Numbered from the stretch's first letter, positions 40,403 through 51,356 are shown. The stretch: 64,000 bases of DNA from Candidatus Spongiisociaceae bacterium (GCA_965219685.1 CBDCOH010000002.1:3648001-3712000), one strand, 5' to 3'. Notes: generated from the letters alone by a model not told the origin. Numbers and translations are program-made.

Positions 40403-42424
40403 ATGACTACCTGGCTCGAAGAGAGACCCGGCCCGGCCCGGACCAGGCCCAATGTACGTATCCCCATGCGCGACGGTGTCGAGTTGTCGGCCGACCTGTT
40501 CTACCCGGAATCGGACGATCCGGCTCCGGTGATCATCAAGTACTACCCCTACCGCAAGGACGACGGCCTGCGAGTCCTGACCGTGTACCGCGCCAACTAC
40601 TACGCCGCCCACGGCTACATAACCGCCCTGCTCGACGTGCGCGGGACGGGCGGCTCGGCGGGGGTGTGCGACCGGATGCTGCGGCTCCAGGAGTGGGAGG
40701 ACGGCTACGACGCGGTCGAGTGGCTGGCCGCCCAGCCGTGGTGCACCGGGTCGGTGGCGATGACCGGGGTCTCGTACGGGGGCTACTCGGCCCTGCTGAC
40801 CGCGGCCCAGGCGCCCCCCAGCCTCAAGGCGATCGCTCCGATCTACGCCGGCTGGGACTGCTACGAGAACAGCCACCAGGGCGGGATGTGGCAAACATCG
40901 ATCTGGACCGGGGCCTACAACGCCATGATGATCGCCCTGTCCGGGGCGCCCCCGGCCGCCGACCCCGAGGGCGCCTGGCTGGAGATCTGGGAGGAGCACC
41001 TCGCCAACAACAAGCCCTGGCTCGAGGCGTGGATGCACAACCCGGTCGACGGACCCGTTTGGCACGAGGGGTCGGTCCGCTACGGGCTGGACAACATCGA
41101 CGCCGCCACGTTCATCATCGGCGGCTGGCACGACATCTTCGTCTCCGACCCGTTCTACATGTACATGAACCTGAATCCTGGCGTGCCGAAGAAGCTGATG
41201 ATGGGCCCTTACCTGCACATTGCTCCCGATATCGGAGCCCCCGGGGAGCGTGTCGACCACCTGCACGAGATCGTGCGATGGTTCGACCAGTACGTGAAGG
41301 GCGAGGACACCGGCATCGCGGAGGAGCCACCCGTCAACATGTGGGTGCGCGCCTACGACCGTCCCCAGGCCCGGCGGGAGGGCGCCAACGGCTACTGGCG
41401 TTCCGAAGCGGAGTGGCCGCTCGCTCGGGCGACGGACGAGGCCCTCTACCTGCATCCCCGAGGGCGGCTGGCCGAAGACGCCCCGGTGAGCGGGGAAGGT
41501 GGAAGCGTCTCCTACGATTACGACCCGGTGGTGGGTGTCTCCACGATGGGCCTGATAACCGGTTTCGGCGCCGACGTCGGTCTGCCGCTGGACCAGCGCC
41601 GGGAGGCGGTGGGCTCGGCGGTGTTCATCGGCGAGCCGCTCGATGCGGATGTCGAGGTCACCGGATTCCCCGAAGCGACCCTATACGTGTCGTCCACAGC
41701 CGAGGTCACCGCCTTTTCGGTCAAGCTGATCGACGTCCATCCCGACGGTCCCTGGGCGCTTGTGTCCAGGATCATCCAGAACACGGCTCAGCGGAACTCC
41801 CGGACCGATCCGGAACCCCTGGTACCCGGCGAGGTGACCGAGCTCAACATCGAGTTGGAGGCCGCCTCCTACGTGTTCGGGGCGGGCCACCGGATGGGAA
41901 TCATGATCTCGAGCTCGGAGTTTCCGCTGCTCTGGCCCTTGCCGCAGAGCGCCATCAACACCATCCACATGGATGCCGATCATCCCTCCCGGGTAACCAT
42001 CCCGGTGGTGCGCAACCCCGACTCCGGCCTGCCGCCGCCCGACTACCGCCCGGCTCACCCGGTCGACATACCGGGTACCGCCGAGCCGCTGCGCTGGGAC
42101 CTGGTGGAGGACCTCGCCGGTACGGAGGTGAGCGTGGTGGTCTCGACGGGTGGGGAGGCCGTCTTGGACAACGGCGCCCGGGTGTACTCCCATGTGGACT
42201 TCAAGGTCACCACCGATCGGGCCGATCCCGCCAACTCAAGGGTCGAGTCCGGCTACCGCTACGACGTGGACCACGGCACCGCCATGACCGAGGTCAAGAG
42301 CACCGGCCGCGTGGAGGGGAGCGCCGACGCCTTCCACGCCGTGACAGCACTCGAGGTCCGCAGCGACGGGATGCCCTGCTTCTCCCGGACCTGGCACAGC
42401 TCGGTCCCTAGGGGATTCCTGTGA
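40403..42424 (+). CDS. CocE/NonD family serine hydrolase 2
   Basis: PMRDGVEL, YPYRK, DVRGTGGS, GVSYGG, GGWHD, GPYLH. Confidence 0.93.
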   Translation: MTTWLEERPGPARTRPNVRIPMRDGVELSADLFYPESDDPAPVIIKYYPYRKDDGLRVLTVYRANYYAAHGYITALLDVRGTGGSAGVCDRMLRLQEWEDGYDAVEWLAAQPWCTGSVAMTGVSYGGYSALLTAAQAPPSLKAIAPIYAGWDCYENSHQGGMWQTSIWTGAYNAMMIALSGAPPAADPEGAWLEIWEEHLANNKPWLEAWMHNPVDGPVWHEGSVRYGLDNIDAATFIIGGWHDIFVSDPFYMYMNLNPGVPKKLMMGPYLHIAPDIGAPGERVDHLHEIVRWFDQYVKGEDTGIAEEPPVNMWVRAYDRPQARREGANGYWRSEAEWPLARATDEALYLHPRGRLAEDAPVSGEGGSVSYDYDPVVGVSTMGLITGFGADVGLPLDQRREAVGSAVFIGEPLDADVEVTGFPEATLYVSSTAEVTAFSVKLIDVHPDGPWALVSRIIQNTAQRNSRTDPEPLVPGEVTELNIELEAASYVFGAGHRMGIMISSSEFPLLWPLPQSAINTIHMDADHPSRVTIPVVRNPDSGLPPPDYRPAHPVDIPGTAEPLRWDLVEDLAGTEVSVVVSTGGEAVLDNGARVYSHVDFKVTTDRADPANSRVESGYRYDVDHGTAMTEVKSTGRVEGSADAFHAVTALEVRSDGMPCFSRTWHSSVPRGFL

Positions 42425-43806
42425 GCCTGGACCGGGCCTACGAGTCGGCGATCGGGGATGACCGCTCCCATGTGATCCACCCATTCAGCCAGCTCGCCAC
42501 CACCGAGATCACCGCCGACGACATGTACGTGGGAGGGGAGGGCTGCTTCCTGCAGGACGCCCGAGGCAACCGGCTGTTCGACGCCAACGCCGGGCTCTGG
42601 TGCGTGAACATCGGTTACGGGCGGACCGAGATGGTGGAGGCCATCGCCGAGCAGACCGCCCGGATGAGCTACGGCCAGATCTTCGCCGGGAACGCCAACC
42701 TGCCGTCGGCCGAGCTGGCGGGCCGGATCGCATATCTGGCCCCCGACGGTCTCAACAAGGTGTTCTTCAGCACCGGAGGTTCGATCGCCAACGAGACGGC
42801 GGTGCGCACAGCCCACCACTACTTCCGGCTGCAAGGCAGGGACAGCAAGCGGTTTGTGCTGAGCGTCGACCAGTCGTACCACGGGTCCACGTACCTGGCG
42901 GCCTCGCTCACCTTCTCGGGGAACTACCACGAGACGTTCCACGTGGTGGACGTGGTCCGCAAGGTCGCCTCCCCCTACCAGTACCGCGCGCCGGGGGGCC
43001 TGGGCGGCGAGGACTTCGTCGACTACCTGGTGGACGACCTGGAACGGACCATCACCCGGTTGGGCGCCGACAACATCGCGTGCTTCATCCTGGAGCCGGT
43101 GCTGGGCGCCGGAGGGGTGATCGTGCCGCCCGACGGTTACCACGCCCGGATGGTGGAGGTGTGCCGGGCCAACGACATCTTCGTGATCGCCGACGAGGTG
43201 GTGACCGGGTTCGGCCGCCTGGGCCACTTCATGGCCGCCGAGACGGTGTTCGGGATGGAAGCCGACATGATCACCCTGGGCAAGGGGATCAGCTCGGCCT
43301 ACCAACCCCTGGCAGCCACGCTCGTGTCGGACCGTATCCACGATGTCATCAGCTCGTCCAAGGACCCCGACCAGATCTACGCCCACGGGTTCACCCACTC
43401 CGGCCACCCTGTGTGTTGCGCGGCCGGCCTCGCCAACCTCGACATCATGGAACGGGAGGACATCTGCGGACATGTGACCCGGGCGGGGTCCGGATTCCAG
43501 GCCCGGCTACGGGATCTCCATGACTCGGCACTGGTGGGCGAGGTCCGAGGCATGGGTTTCATGGCGGCAGTGGAACTCGTCCAGGACCGCGACACCAAGG
43601 CGGTCTTCCCTCCGGAGGTCGGGATATCCGGCCGGGTAGAGGCCCACTGCCGGAGCCAGGGCCTGATCGTGCGACCCCTGCGCCAGCACATCATCCTGTC
43701 GCCGCCCCTGGTCATGACGGCCGAGCAGGGTGAGTGGGTGGTCGGGGTAATCCGCGGGAGTCTCGAACGGGTGGAGTCCGACCTCCGGGCCGAAGGGATA
43801 CGCTGA
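42421..43806 (+). CDS. Aminotransferase class III (omega-amine/BioA-like)
   Basis: GLWCVNIGYG, YHGST, EPVLGAGG, DEVVTGFGR, GKG, HGFTHSGHP. Confidence 0.94.
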   Translation: MSLDRAYESAIGDDRSHVIHPFSQLATTEITADDMYVGGEGCFLQDARGNRLFDANAGLWCVNIGYGRTEMVEAIAEQTARMSYGQIFAGNANLPSAELAGRIAYLAPDGLNKVFFSTGGSIANETAVRTAHHYFRLQGRDSKRFVLSVDQSYHGSTYLAASLTFSGNYHETFHVVDVVRKVASPYQYRAPGGLGGEDFVDYLVDDLERTITRLGADNIACFILEPVLGAGGVIVPPDGYHARMVEVCRANDIFVIADEVVTGFGRLGHFMAAETVFGMEADMITLGKGISSAYQPLAATLVSDRIHDVISSSKDPDQIYAHGFTHSGHPVCCAAGLANLDIMEREDICGHVTRAGSGFQARLRDLHDSALVGEVRGMGFMAAVELVQDRDTKAVFPPEVGISGRVEAHCRSQGLIVRPLRQHIILSPPLVMTAEQGEWVVGVIRGSLERVESDLRAEGIR

Positions 43807-43842
43807 CCGGACACGAGTCGCGGACCGGGAGGTCGTACGTCG

Positions 43843-44952
43843 ATGTCTAGCGTCCCCATCCTGGCAGCCGTCTCCCGCGATACGGGTTCCGACCTGGAAC
43901 TCGAAGAACTCCGCCTGGAGGAACCCGGACCGGGGGAGGTGCGGGTCCGGATCGCCGCCGCGGCCATCTGCGCGAGCGACACTGCATACATAGACGGCGC
44001 GTGGGACGCACCGAGGCCGGCGGTGTTCGGACATGAAGCGGCTGGCGTGATCGACGCCGTCGGCGCCGGCGTGGAGGATGCCGACCCCGGTGATCGGGTG
44101 GTTGTGACCCTGGTGCGCAGTTGCGGGTCGTGCCGCCATTGCCTCCGGGGGGAACCGGTCGCATGCCGGGGCGAGTTCGGACTGGACGAGCGACACCCGA
44201 CACGCGACCGGACGGGTAGGCCGGTGCACCGGGGTCTCCGGGTCGCCGCCTTCGCGTCGGCCGTGCTCGTTCACCGCTCCCAGGTCGTGAAGGTGGGCGC
44301 CGGGATCCGCCTCGATGCCGCCGCGCTGCTGTCGTGCGGGGTGCTGACCGGTGTCGGATCCGTGTTCAACACGGCGGACGTCCAGTCAGGCTCGCACGTC
44401 GTCGTGCTCGGCTGCGGCGGTGTGGGACTCAACGTCTTGCAGGGGGCCCGCATCGCGGGCGCGGCCACGGTTACGGCGGTCGACCCGGATCCCCGCAAGC
44501 TGGCCGCCGCGCGACGGTTCGGCGCTAGCGGCGCGGTCGGCTCCGGTGACGATGTCGATGCCGCCGTCTCGGAAGTCACCGGCGGAGAGATGGCCGACTA
44601 CGTGTTCGTGGCCACCTCCTCGGTGACGGCCATCGAGACAGGCTTCGGTCTGCTGGCCCGGATGGGAGCCCTCGTGATCGTGGGCATGCCCCCGACCGGA
44701 GCCACCGCAACGCTCGATGCCGGCTCGGTGGCGGCCTCCAACCAGCGGGTTCTCGGTTCGAAGATGGGTACCACCCGGCCGGCCGAGGACATTCCCAGGC
44801 TGGCCGACCTGTACGCGGAAGGCCGGTTGGAGCTTGACGGCTTGATAACCGGGCGTTACCGGTTCGAAGACATCAACGAGGCGCTGGAGTCGTCCCGCCG
44901 GGGCGACGCGCTGCGAAACTTGGTGATCATGGCGGACGAGCTGATTCCATGA
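43843..44952 (+). CDS. Zinc-dependent alcohol dehydrogenase
   Basis: C.SD, GHEAAG, C..C..C.......C, CGVLTG, GCGGVG. Confidence 0.94.
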   Translation: MSSVPILAAVSRDTGSDLELEELRLEEPGPGEVRVRIAAAAICASDTAYIDGAWDAPRPAVFGHEAAGVIDAVGAGVEDADPGDRVVVTLVRSCGSCRHCLRGEPVACRGEFGLDERHPTRDRTGRPVHRGLRVAAFASAVLVHRSQVVKVGAGIRLDAAALLSCGVLTGVGSVFNTADVQSGSHVVVLGCGGVGLNVLQGARIAGAATVTAVDPDPRKLAAARRFGASGAVGSGDDVDAAVSEVTGGEMADYVFVATSSVTAIETGFGLLARMGALVIVGMPPTGATATLDAGSVAASNQRVLGSKMGTTRPAEDIPRLADLYAEGRLELDGLITGRYRFEDINEALESSRRGDALRNLVIMADELIP

Positions 44953-46154
44953 AGATCTCCGGGTTCGAGACCTTCGTGGTGGCCAACCCGCCTCCGGGCT
45001 TCGGCGGCCGCTACTTCATATTCGTGAAGCTCACCACCGACGACGGGATCGTCGGCTACGGCGAGCACTACGGGGCCACGTTCCGGCCGCTGGTCGTTGA
45101 GGCGATGCTGCGAGACGTTGCCGGGGCGCTCCTGATCGGAGAGGACCCCTTCCGGATAGAGCGCTTCTTCCGCCGCGCCTACGGGCGAGGCTTCACGGCC
45201 CGGCCCGACGTGTCGATGGCCGGAGTGGTCAGCGCCCTCGAGATGGCCTGCTGGGACATCATCGGCAAGGCCCTGGACAGGCCTGTCCACGCGCTGTTGG
45301 GCGGCCGGGTCCGGGACGCGGTCCGCTCCTACACCTATCTCTATCCAGAACTCGGCGAAGAAGGCGACGTGTACGCCGATCCTGAACTGGCGGCCAGCCG
45401 AGCTGCCGAGTACGCCGCTCGAGGGTTCACCGCTGTCAAGTTCGACCCGGCCGGTCCCTACTCGTCGATGGGTGGCTACCAGCCGCTCCTGGAACGGATC
45501 GATCTGTCCGTGCGGTTCTGCCGAGCGATCAGGGAGGCCGTCGGGACCGGCGCCGACATCCTGTTCGGAACGCACGGGCAGTTCACGCCCGCCGGCGCCA
45601 TCCGCCTCGCCAAGGCCCTCGAGCCCTTCGACCCGCTGTGGTTCGAGGAGCCTGTCCCGCCCGACGACATCCCGGGGATGGCCCGTGTCCGCAGCCGCAC
45701 GTCCATCCCGATCGCGGCCGGCGAGCGCTTGGTCAACAAAGTCGAGTTCGCCCAGGTCATCGCGGCGGAGGCGATCGACATCGCGCAGCCCGACCTGGGA
45801 CGGTGCGGGGGCTTGCTCGAGGGCAAGAAGATAGCCTCGATAGCCGAGGCTCACGGCGTGCAGATCGCTCCGCACTGTTACAGCGGTCCCATCGTCGGCG
45901 CCGCCAACCTGCAGTTGGCCGCATGCACGCCCAACCTCCTGGTTCTCGAGGCGATCAAGGACTGGGGCGGGTTCCACGCCGAACTGCTGAAGGCCCCTCT
46001 TCGGCTGGAGGGCGGGCACACCATCGTTCCGTCTGCGCCGGGTCTGGGAGTGGAACTAGACGAGGAAGTCGCCCGTGCACACGCCTTCGACGGCGAGGGC
46101 CTGCATATCGAGATGGTGGACGAACCGGTCGACTACGGGAGTGGTGAGTGGTGA
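44949..46154 (+). CDS. Mandelate racemase family acid-sugar dehydratase-like enzyme
   Basis: WDIIGK, KFD, THGQF, WFEEP, GER, QPD, APH, PGLGVE. Ends SGEW inside the array. Confidence 0.92.
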   Translation: MKISGFETFVVANPPPGFGGRYFIFVKLTTDDGIVGYGEHYGATFRPLVVEAMLRDVAGALLIGEDPFRIERFFRRAYGRGFTARPDVSMAGVVSALEMACWDIIGKALDRPVHALLGGRVRDAVRSYTYLYPELGEEGDVYADPELAASRAAEYAARGFTAVKFDPAGPYSSMGGYQPLLERIDLSVRFCRAIREAVGTGADILFGTHGQFTPAGAIRLAKALEPFDPLWFEEPVPPDDIPGMARVRSRTSIPIAAGERLVNKVEFAQVIAAEAIDIAQPDLGRCGGLLEGKKIASIAEAHGVQIAPHCYSGPIVGAANLQLAACTPNLLVLEAIKDWGGFHAELLKAPLRLEGGHTIVPSAPGLGVELDEEVARAHAFDGEGLHIEMVDEPVDYGSGEW

Positions 46155-46188
46155 GTGGTGAGTGGTGGTTCGTGGCTGGTGGCCCGTA
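46140..46188 (+). repeat. Heptamer array A5
   Basis: AGTGGTG x4, GTTCGTG, GCTGGTG, GCCCGTA; contains the TGA stop at 46152-46154. Confidence 0.93.
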
Positions 46189-46249
46189 ACCAATCTCACT
46201 GACGGGACACCTGGCGCCAGGCGCCCCGGCCCGAGGTTGCAGGGAATGT

Positions 46250-46549
46250 TCACGCTGATGCCGGTACCACCGGTTCGGGGCTACCGACCGTGATCTGATC
46301 CTCGCGAAGTCGGGCCTGAGCGAGGTCGTAGGCGGCCTGCCGACGGATCCAGAATTCGGCGTTGGACCATCCGACTTTCTCCAGACGGATCGCCATCTCT
46401 GGTGAGATGCCGGCATGCCCGTTGAGGACGCGGGAGAGCGTGTGTCGGGCGACGCCCAGCATGCGCGCAGCTTCGGTCACAGTGAGCCTTCCCGCCAGGC
46501 AACCCTCCCGGAGGCTGATCCCCGGATGAGTGGGGTACTCGATGGACAT
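46250..46549 (-). CDS. higA: HigA/VapI antitoxin (HTH)
   Basis: HPG..L, LTVTEAARMLGV.R.TLS..LNG..GISPEMAIRL, FW...Q..YDL. Confidence 0.93.
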   Translation of the reverse strand: MSIEYPTHPGISLREGCLAGRLTVTEAARMLGVARHTLSRVLNGHAGISPEMAIRLEKVGWSNAEFWIRRQAAYDLAQARLREDQITVGSPEPVVPASA

Positions 46550-46562
46550 CGTTTCGCTCCTC

Positions 46563-46844
46563 CTAGTGGTAGTCGACTAGGTCCACGTCGAACGCATCAC
46601 CTTCCTCAAACCTGAAGACAATCCGCCAGTTGCGTGACACGCGAATACTCCAGAAACCCGCAAGCTCTCCCTTGAGCGGGTGGAGTTGATACGTGGGAAG
46701 ATGGAGATCTTTGACCTTCTCGGCCACATCGAGGTCCGAGAGTATGGTCGCAATCCGCGCCTGGTGTGTCGTGTGGACCTTGCGGAAATCTCCACGTTCG
46801 TGTGCCCTCCTGAGCCCTCTGTGGCGAACGTTTCGGATCACCAC
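46563..46844 (-). CDS. higB: HigB toxin (RelE/ParE fold)
   Basis: HRGL, LHPLKGEL.GFWSIRVSRNWRIVFRF, VDLVDYH. Confidence 0.93.
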   Translation of the reverse strand: MVIRNVRHRGLRRAHERGDFRKVHTTHQARIATILSDLDVAEKVKDLHLPTYQLHPLKGELAGFWSIRVSRNWRIVFRFEEGDAFDVDLVDYH

Positions 46845-46983
46845 TAAGAAAGCGTACCGTGTACCGGTATCAGTATCAGCCTAGTAGGACGGCGGGTCTT
46901 GTCGGATCGTTTGTAGCATCTCCGTGACGACCGTGTCTTGTTAACAATCACAGCAATAGGCTAACACCTACTGCCACTACTTG

Positions 46984-47487
46984 CTATCGTGTAGGGTCGC
47001 GCAGGCAGCGTTCATCGGCTAGTGCCTCGAGAAGCTGGCTGTAGGCCTCGAGTCCGGGTTCGGACTCGGGCACGTCCAGCAGTTCGCCACGGGCGTCGGC
47101 GACCGGGGCTGTTGCATCCTGCAGGGTCGTATCGCCCTTCCAAGCCTCGCAGACCGCACTGATGTCAACCAGCAACTCGTCCTCGGTCACGTCCGCAAAG
47201 GCGGTTCCCCCGGCTGCCGACTGCAACTGGTCGATCAGATCGGGTTGTGGCGAGGCCGGCTGCTGGGCGGGCGTCGTACCGGACGTGTCGGATGCCGGAC
47301 ACCAGGAACACTCCTCGATCTTGGCGGTGGTGGACGGTTGCTCCTCAGCCCGGGCGGTGGTGGACGGTTGCTCCTCCACGTCGGTCGTGGGCGGGGTCTG
47401 CTGTTCTACCTCGGTGCCGGGTCCGTGACAGGAGGTTGACGCCAGGAAGGCGGTCAAGATCCATGGAGCGAGCCGCGATACCTTCAA
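46984..47487 (-). CDS. Hypothetical lipoprotein
   Basis: TTG start overlapping the CocE stop (inferred), hydrophobic leader ending STSC, 10-aa repeats EEQPSTTA. Confidence 0.55.
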   Translation of the reverse strand: MKVSRLAPWILTAFLASTSCHGPGTEVEQQTPPTTDVEEQPSTTARAEEQPSTTAKIEECSWCPASDTSGTTPAQQPASPQPDLIDQLQSAAGGTAFADVTEDELLVDISAVCEAWKGDTTLQDATAPVADARGELLDVPESEPGLEAYSQLLEALADERCLRDPTR

Positions 47488-49184
47488 CGGGGGATGACGG
47501 GGAGGAGCACGTGGCTGGGGCGGTCCCGGTTGTGGAACACCCGCTGGGTCGCCGGTTGCATGGAGGTCTCGTTCCACAACTCGCCGCCCATGTTCGGGTT
47601 GCGGTCGAATCGGGGGAAGTTGCTGCTGGACACTTCCACCCGGATCCGGTGTCCTGCTTTGAAGACCTGGCTGGTCTGCCACATGTCGATGGTGAACTCG
47701 TAGGGCGTTCCCGGAGTCATCAGGCTCGGGTCGGTGACCGAGTCCCGGTACCGGGCCCGGCGGATCCCCTCGCACACGATGATGGCCCGCCCGTCCGGAT
47801 GGACGTCGCAGAGGGTGGCGGTGAAGTCCGTGTCCGGCGCCGAACTGGAGGCGTGGAGGGTCATGGTCACCGGGCCGGTGACCTCTAGGTCGCGATCGAG
47901 GCGGTCGCCGGTGTATACGAGAACGTCGGACCGCTCCTGCAGCACGGCGCGGTCCTTGGGACCGGCGTTGTCGAGCATCACATCACATCCGCCGAGGGTG
48001 GGGACGGGATCGGCCGGGTTGTACACGAACCGGTCGGGCGGTTCCTGCCCCGGAGGCTCGAAAGAGACCGTGCCGTCACCGGCGAGCGACCGGGCGTCTC
48101 CTCCGCTGTGCAGGTAAAGGGGCCGGTACTCGGTGCGGGCCAGGGGCCACTCGTCCTCGCTGCGCCACTCGGCGTCGCCCATCACGTAGATCCGCACGGG
48201 GGGTTCCCTGTCCACACCGTTGTCGATGCCCTTGAGCCGGCGGTCGTACCAGTCGAGATGCAGGCCTGGCAGGTCGAACTCGCCCCCCGGTCCCAGGTCG
48301 ATGTCGCCGTTGCGGTCGGCCCGATCTAGATCGTGGGACCACGGGCCGATGATGATCCGGGTCAGATCCCGCGCCGTCGCCGACCCGCCCCCCTGCTTGA
48401 GGCCCGCGTAGGCCTTCATGACCTCCCGTGACAGGTTGTCGTACCAGCCGGTGACGAAGTGGGCGGGGGCTTCGATCATCCCGTACTTGTCCTTGAGGCC
48501 GTAGGTCTGCCAGGACTCGTCGAAGGTGGGATGGTCCAGGAACTTCCAGTAGGCGGGCCGGAAGATGCCCGACACCGCCTCGCGCAGCGGCATGTGGCGG
48601 TAGAGGGCCTCGACATCGAGGAACTCGAAGCTGGTGCAGTTCATCGTTCGGCGCCCGCTGTTGATGCCCCACACGAAGTTCTGCAGCTGGAGCACGCCTC
48701 CGTCCATCAGGAAGTAGCCGAAGTTGTCCTCCTGGTTGCCCACCGGCAGGATGCCTTTGAGAGCGGGATGGCCCGACAGGGCCGCCTGGAGTTGGGTGAA
48801 GGCCACATAGGACTGCCCGAAGGTGCCGATGTTCCCGTCGCACCAGGGCTGGGCGGCCAGCCAGGCCAGCGTATCGGCCCCGTCGGGGGCCTCGAAGATG
48901 TAGGGGACGTAATCGCCACCCGAGTCGTACCGGCCCCGGCAGTCCTGCATCACCGCCGCGTACCCCCCGCCCAGGAAGCGGGGCACCCACTCCTGGAGGT
49001 AGGCCAGGTCGGTGCAGATCTCTCCACTCTGCTTCCCGTAGACGGTGCGGCACAGGAGCGTGGGAAACGGGCCGTCGCCGGGCGGGAGGTATATGTCGGC
49101 CGACAGGTCGACGCCGTCCCGCATCGGCACCATCACGTCGATCATGACCGAGACCCCGGCCCGAACCTCCTCTATGGCACCCAT
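47484..49184 (-). CDS. CocE/NonD family serine hydrolase 3
   Basis: PMRDGVDL, QDCRGRYDS, GQSYVA, TGWYD, GPWSH, SSNFPRFDRN; RBS before ATG 49184. Confidence 0.93.
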   Translation of the reverse strand: MGAIEEVRAGVSVMIDVMVPMRDGVDLSADIYLPPGDGPFPTLLCRTVYGKQSGEICTDLAYLQEWVPRFLGGGYAAVMQDCRGRYDSGGDYVPYIFEAPDGADTLAWLAAQPWCDGNIGTFGQSYVAFTQLQAALSGHPALKGILPVGNQEDNFGYFLMDGGVLQLQNFVWGINSGRRTMNCTSFEFLDVEALYRHMPLREAVSGIFRPAYWKFLDHPTFDESWQTYGLKDKYGMIEAPAHFVTGWYDNLSREVMKAYAGLKQGGGSATARDLTRIIIGPWSHDLDRADRNGDIDLGPGGEFDLPGLHLDWYDRRLKGIDNGVDREPPVRIYVMGDAEWRSEDEWPLARTEYRPLYLHSGGDARSLAGDGTVSFEPPGQEPPDRFVYNPADPVPTLGGCDVMLDNAGPKDRAVLQERSDVLVYTGDRLDRDLEVTGPVTMTLHASSSAPDTDFTATLCDVHPDGRAIIVCEGIRRARYRDSVTDPSLMTPGTPYEFTIDMWQTSQVFKAGHRIRVEVSSSNFPRFDRNPNMGGELWNETSMQPATQRVFHNRDRPSHVLLPVIPR

Positions 49185-49347
49185 CTCGTCTCCCTCCAGG
49201 ACGGTGGCTCGACAGGGCAGCGAACCCGAAAGACAGATTCCCGTCCGGCGTCCAACGGTAGCGGCGCGCCGAAATCGGTGGCGGGGTCGACCGGTGCGGG
49301 TGTACGGTGATGCGGAGTACGCACAAGGCGAGGACGGAGAGGTCGGG

Positions 49348-50238
49348 ATGATCATCGACACGCATGTCTGGCTCTCGAAGCCGGAGCATTGGGGCGACCA
49401 GGACATCATGGACGATGCGATGTACAAGGCGGGCTGGGCCGCCCGGGGACTCGGTACCACGACCGGGCTCACCAAGGGTACGAACGCCGAGCAGATGGTG
49501 GAGATCATGGACGAGGCGGGGGTCGACATGGCGGTCTGTCACTCTGTGAAGGTGCCCCGTCTCAACACCCACGTGCCCACCGAGTGGGTGATCTCGGAGT
49601 GCGCCAAGTTCCCCGACCGGCTCATCCCGATGGGCAGCGTCGACCTGCTCGGCGGCGTCAAGTCTCTCCGGGAGATGGAGGAGATCACCGCCATGGGGGG
49701 CGTCGGCATGAAGATGACCCCCGCTCCCAGCTACGGCATCGCCCTCAACGACGAGCGCCTGATGCCGATCTACGAGAAGGCTGCCGAACTAGGGATGATC
49801 CTCCAGATCCACACCGGCTGGTCCGGGTTCGGCCGGCTGGCCCTGCAGCATCCCATCCTGCTGGACGACGTGGCGGTACGCGTCCCCGAACTGAAGCTGA
49901 TCGTGGTGCACGCCGGGGAGAACTACTACGAGGAAGTCGTGATGATGATGCTGAAGAATCCCAACATGTACGCCGGCACCGGCTGGTGGGGGTTCCTGCA
50001 GCCGCTGGAGACCAACGTGCGGTTCCTCAAGTACGCCAAGCACTTCATGGTGCTCGACAAGTGCCTGTGGGGCACCGACAACTTCGACTGCCGCGAGGAC
50101 GTGCCCTACACGAAGTCATTCCCGAGGCTGGCCAGGGAACTGAACATCGCTCCGGGGTTGCCGGAGCTCACGGATGAGGACATAGACGCCTACCTCGGCG
50201 ACAACGCAGCCCGGCTGTACGGGGTCGAAAGGGACTGA
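49348..50238 (+). CDS. Amidohydrolase_2 family protein
   Basis: MIIDTH, PDRL, PIYEKA.ELG..L.IHTG, VHAG, WGTD, NAARL. Confidence 0.88.
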   Translation: MIIDTHVWLSKPEHWGDQDIMDDAMYKAGWAARGLGTTTGLTKGTNAEQMVEIMDEAGVDMAVCHSVKVPRLNTHVPTEWVISECAKFPDRLIPMGSVDLLGGVKSLREMEEITAMGGVGMKMTPAPSYGIALNDERLMPIYEKAAELGMILQIHTGWSGFGRLALQHPILLDDVAVRVPELKLIVVHAGENYYEEVVMMMLKNPNMYAGTGWWGFLQPLETNVRFLKYAKHFMVLDKCLWGTDNFDCREDVPYTKSFPRLARELNIAPGLPELTDEDIDAYLGDNAARLYGVERD

Positions 50239-50246
50239 TCGAAGCG

Positions 50247-51356
50247 ATGACCCGAACCGGCCGGCCACGCCCGGGCATGGCCGAGGCCGACTTGGACACG
50301 CCTGCCTTGGTGGTCGATCTCGATGCCATGGAGCGCAACCTCGATCGGATGGCAGTCGCGGCTCGTGCGGCAGGTGTGGCCCTGCGCCCCCACGTCAAGA
50401 CCCACAAGAGCGTCACCATCGCCCGGATGCAGTTGCAGCGGGGTGCGGTGGGTATCTGCGTCCAGACAGTCTCGGAGGCGGAGGCCATGGTCTCGGGCGG
50501 TATCCGGGATGTCTTCGTCGCCAACGAGGTGGTTGGCGCCGGGAAGCTCCGGCGCCTCGCCAGCCTTGCGCGCGAGGCCACGATCACCGCCTGCGTCGAC
50601 GATCCGGGCAACGTCGACGATCTGGGAAGGGCGGTCCGTCGGGCGGGGTCGTCCGTCGGGGTGATGGTCGAGATGAACACTGCCGATTACCGGGCCGGGG
50701 TGCCGCCAGGCGAACCGCTTCTCCGTCTGGCCGAGCGGGTGGACGCTGCACCGTCTCTCCGTTTCATGGGGATACAGGCCTACAACGGGGTCGCCCAGCA
50801 CATCAGGGATCACTCCGCCCGGCTGGCCGCTACAGAGCACAACACCGCCCTGGTGCAGGAGTCGGTCGACCTGCTGGCCCGGCACGGCATCCCTTGCGAG
50901 GTGGTCAGCGGTGGAGGCACCGGTACCTACAACCTCGAGGCCGCCTCAGAGGTGTACAACGAGATCCAGCCGGGCACCTATGTCTTCATGGACGCCGACT
51001 ACCTGGCCAACCGGGACCGGATAGGAGGCCCGTTCCGGGACTTCGAGGTGAGCCTCTACGTGCTGGCGAGCGTAATGAGCCGCCGGCCCGGGATAGCGAT
51101 CGTCGACGCCGGGCTCAAGGCCATCTCCCTGGGCAACGGTCTACCAATCGTCCAGGGCGGCGGGGCCCATTACAGGAGGTTCGCCGACGAGCATGGGGTG
51201 CTGGCTCCGTCCGACGCCAGGCTTCCGGAGCTAGGAGATCAGGTCTACCTGATACCGGTCAACTGCGACCCGACCGTCAATCTCTACGACCACCTCGCCG
51301 GTGTACGCAACAGTGTGGTCGAGACGGTCATCAGCGTCGACGCTCGTGGCTACTGA
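50247..51356 (+). CDS. D-threonine aldolase/DSD1 family PLP enzyme
   Basis: TPALVVD, RPHVKTHK, GGGTGT, EIQPGTYVFMD, DAGLK, DEHG. Confidence 0.92.
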   Translation: MTRTGRPRPGMAEADLDTPALVVDLDAMERNLDRMAVAARAAGVALRPHVKTHKSVTIARMQLQRGAVGICVQTVSEAEAMVSGGIRDVFVANEVVGAGKLRRLASLAREATITACVDDPGNVDDLGRAVRRAGSSVGVMVEMNTADYRAGVPPGEPLLRLAERVDAAPSLRFMGIQAYNGVAQHIRDHSARLAATEHNTALVQESVDLLARHGIPCEVVSGGGTGTYNLEAASEVYNEIQPGTYVFMDADYLANRDRIGGPFRDFEVSLYVLASVMSRRPGIAIVDAGLKAISLGNGLPIVQGGGAHYRRFADEHGVLAPSDARLPELGDQVYLIPVNCDPTVNLYDHLAGVRNSVVETVISVDARGY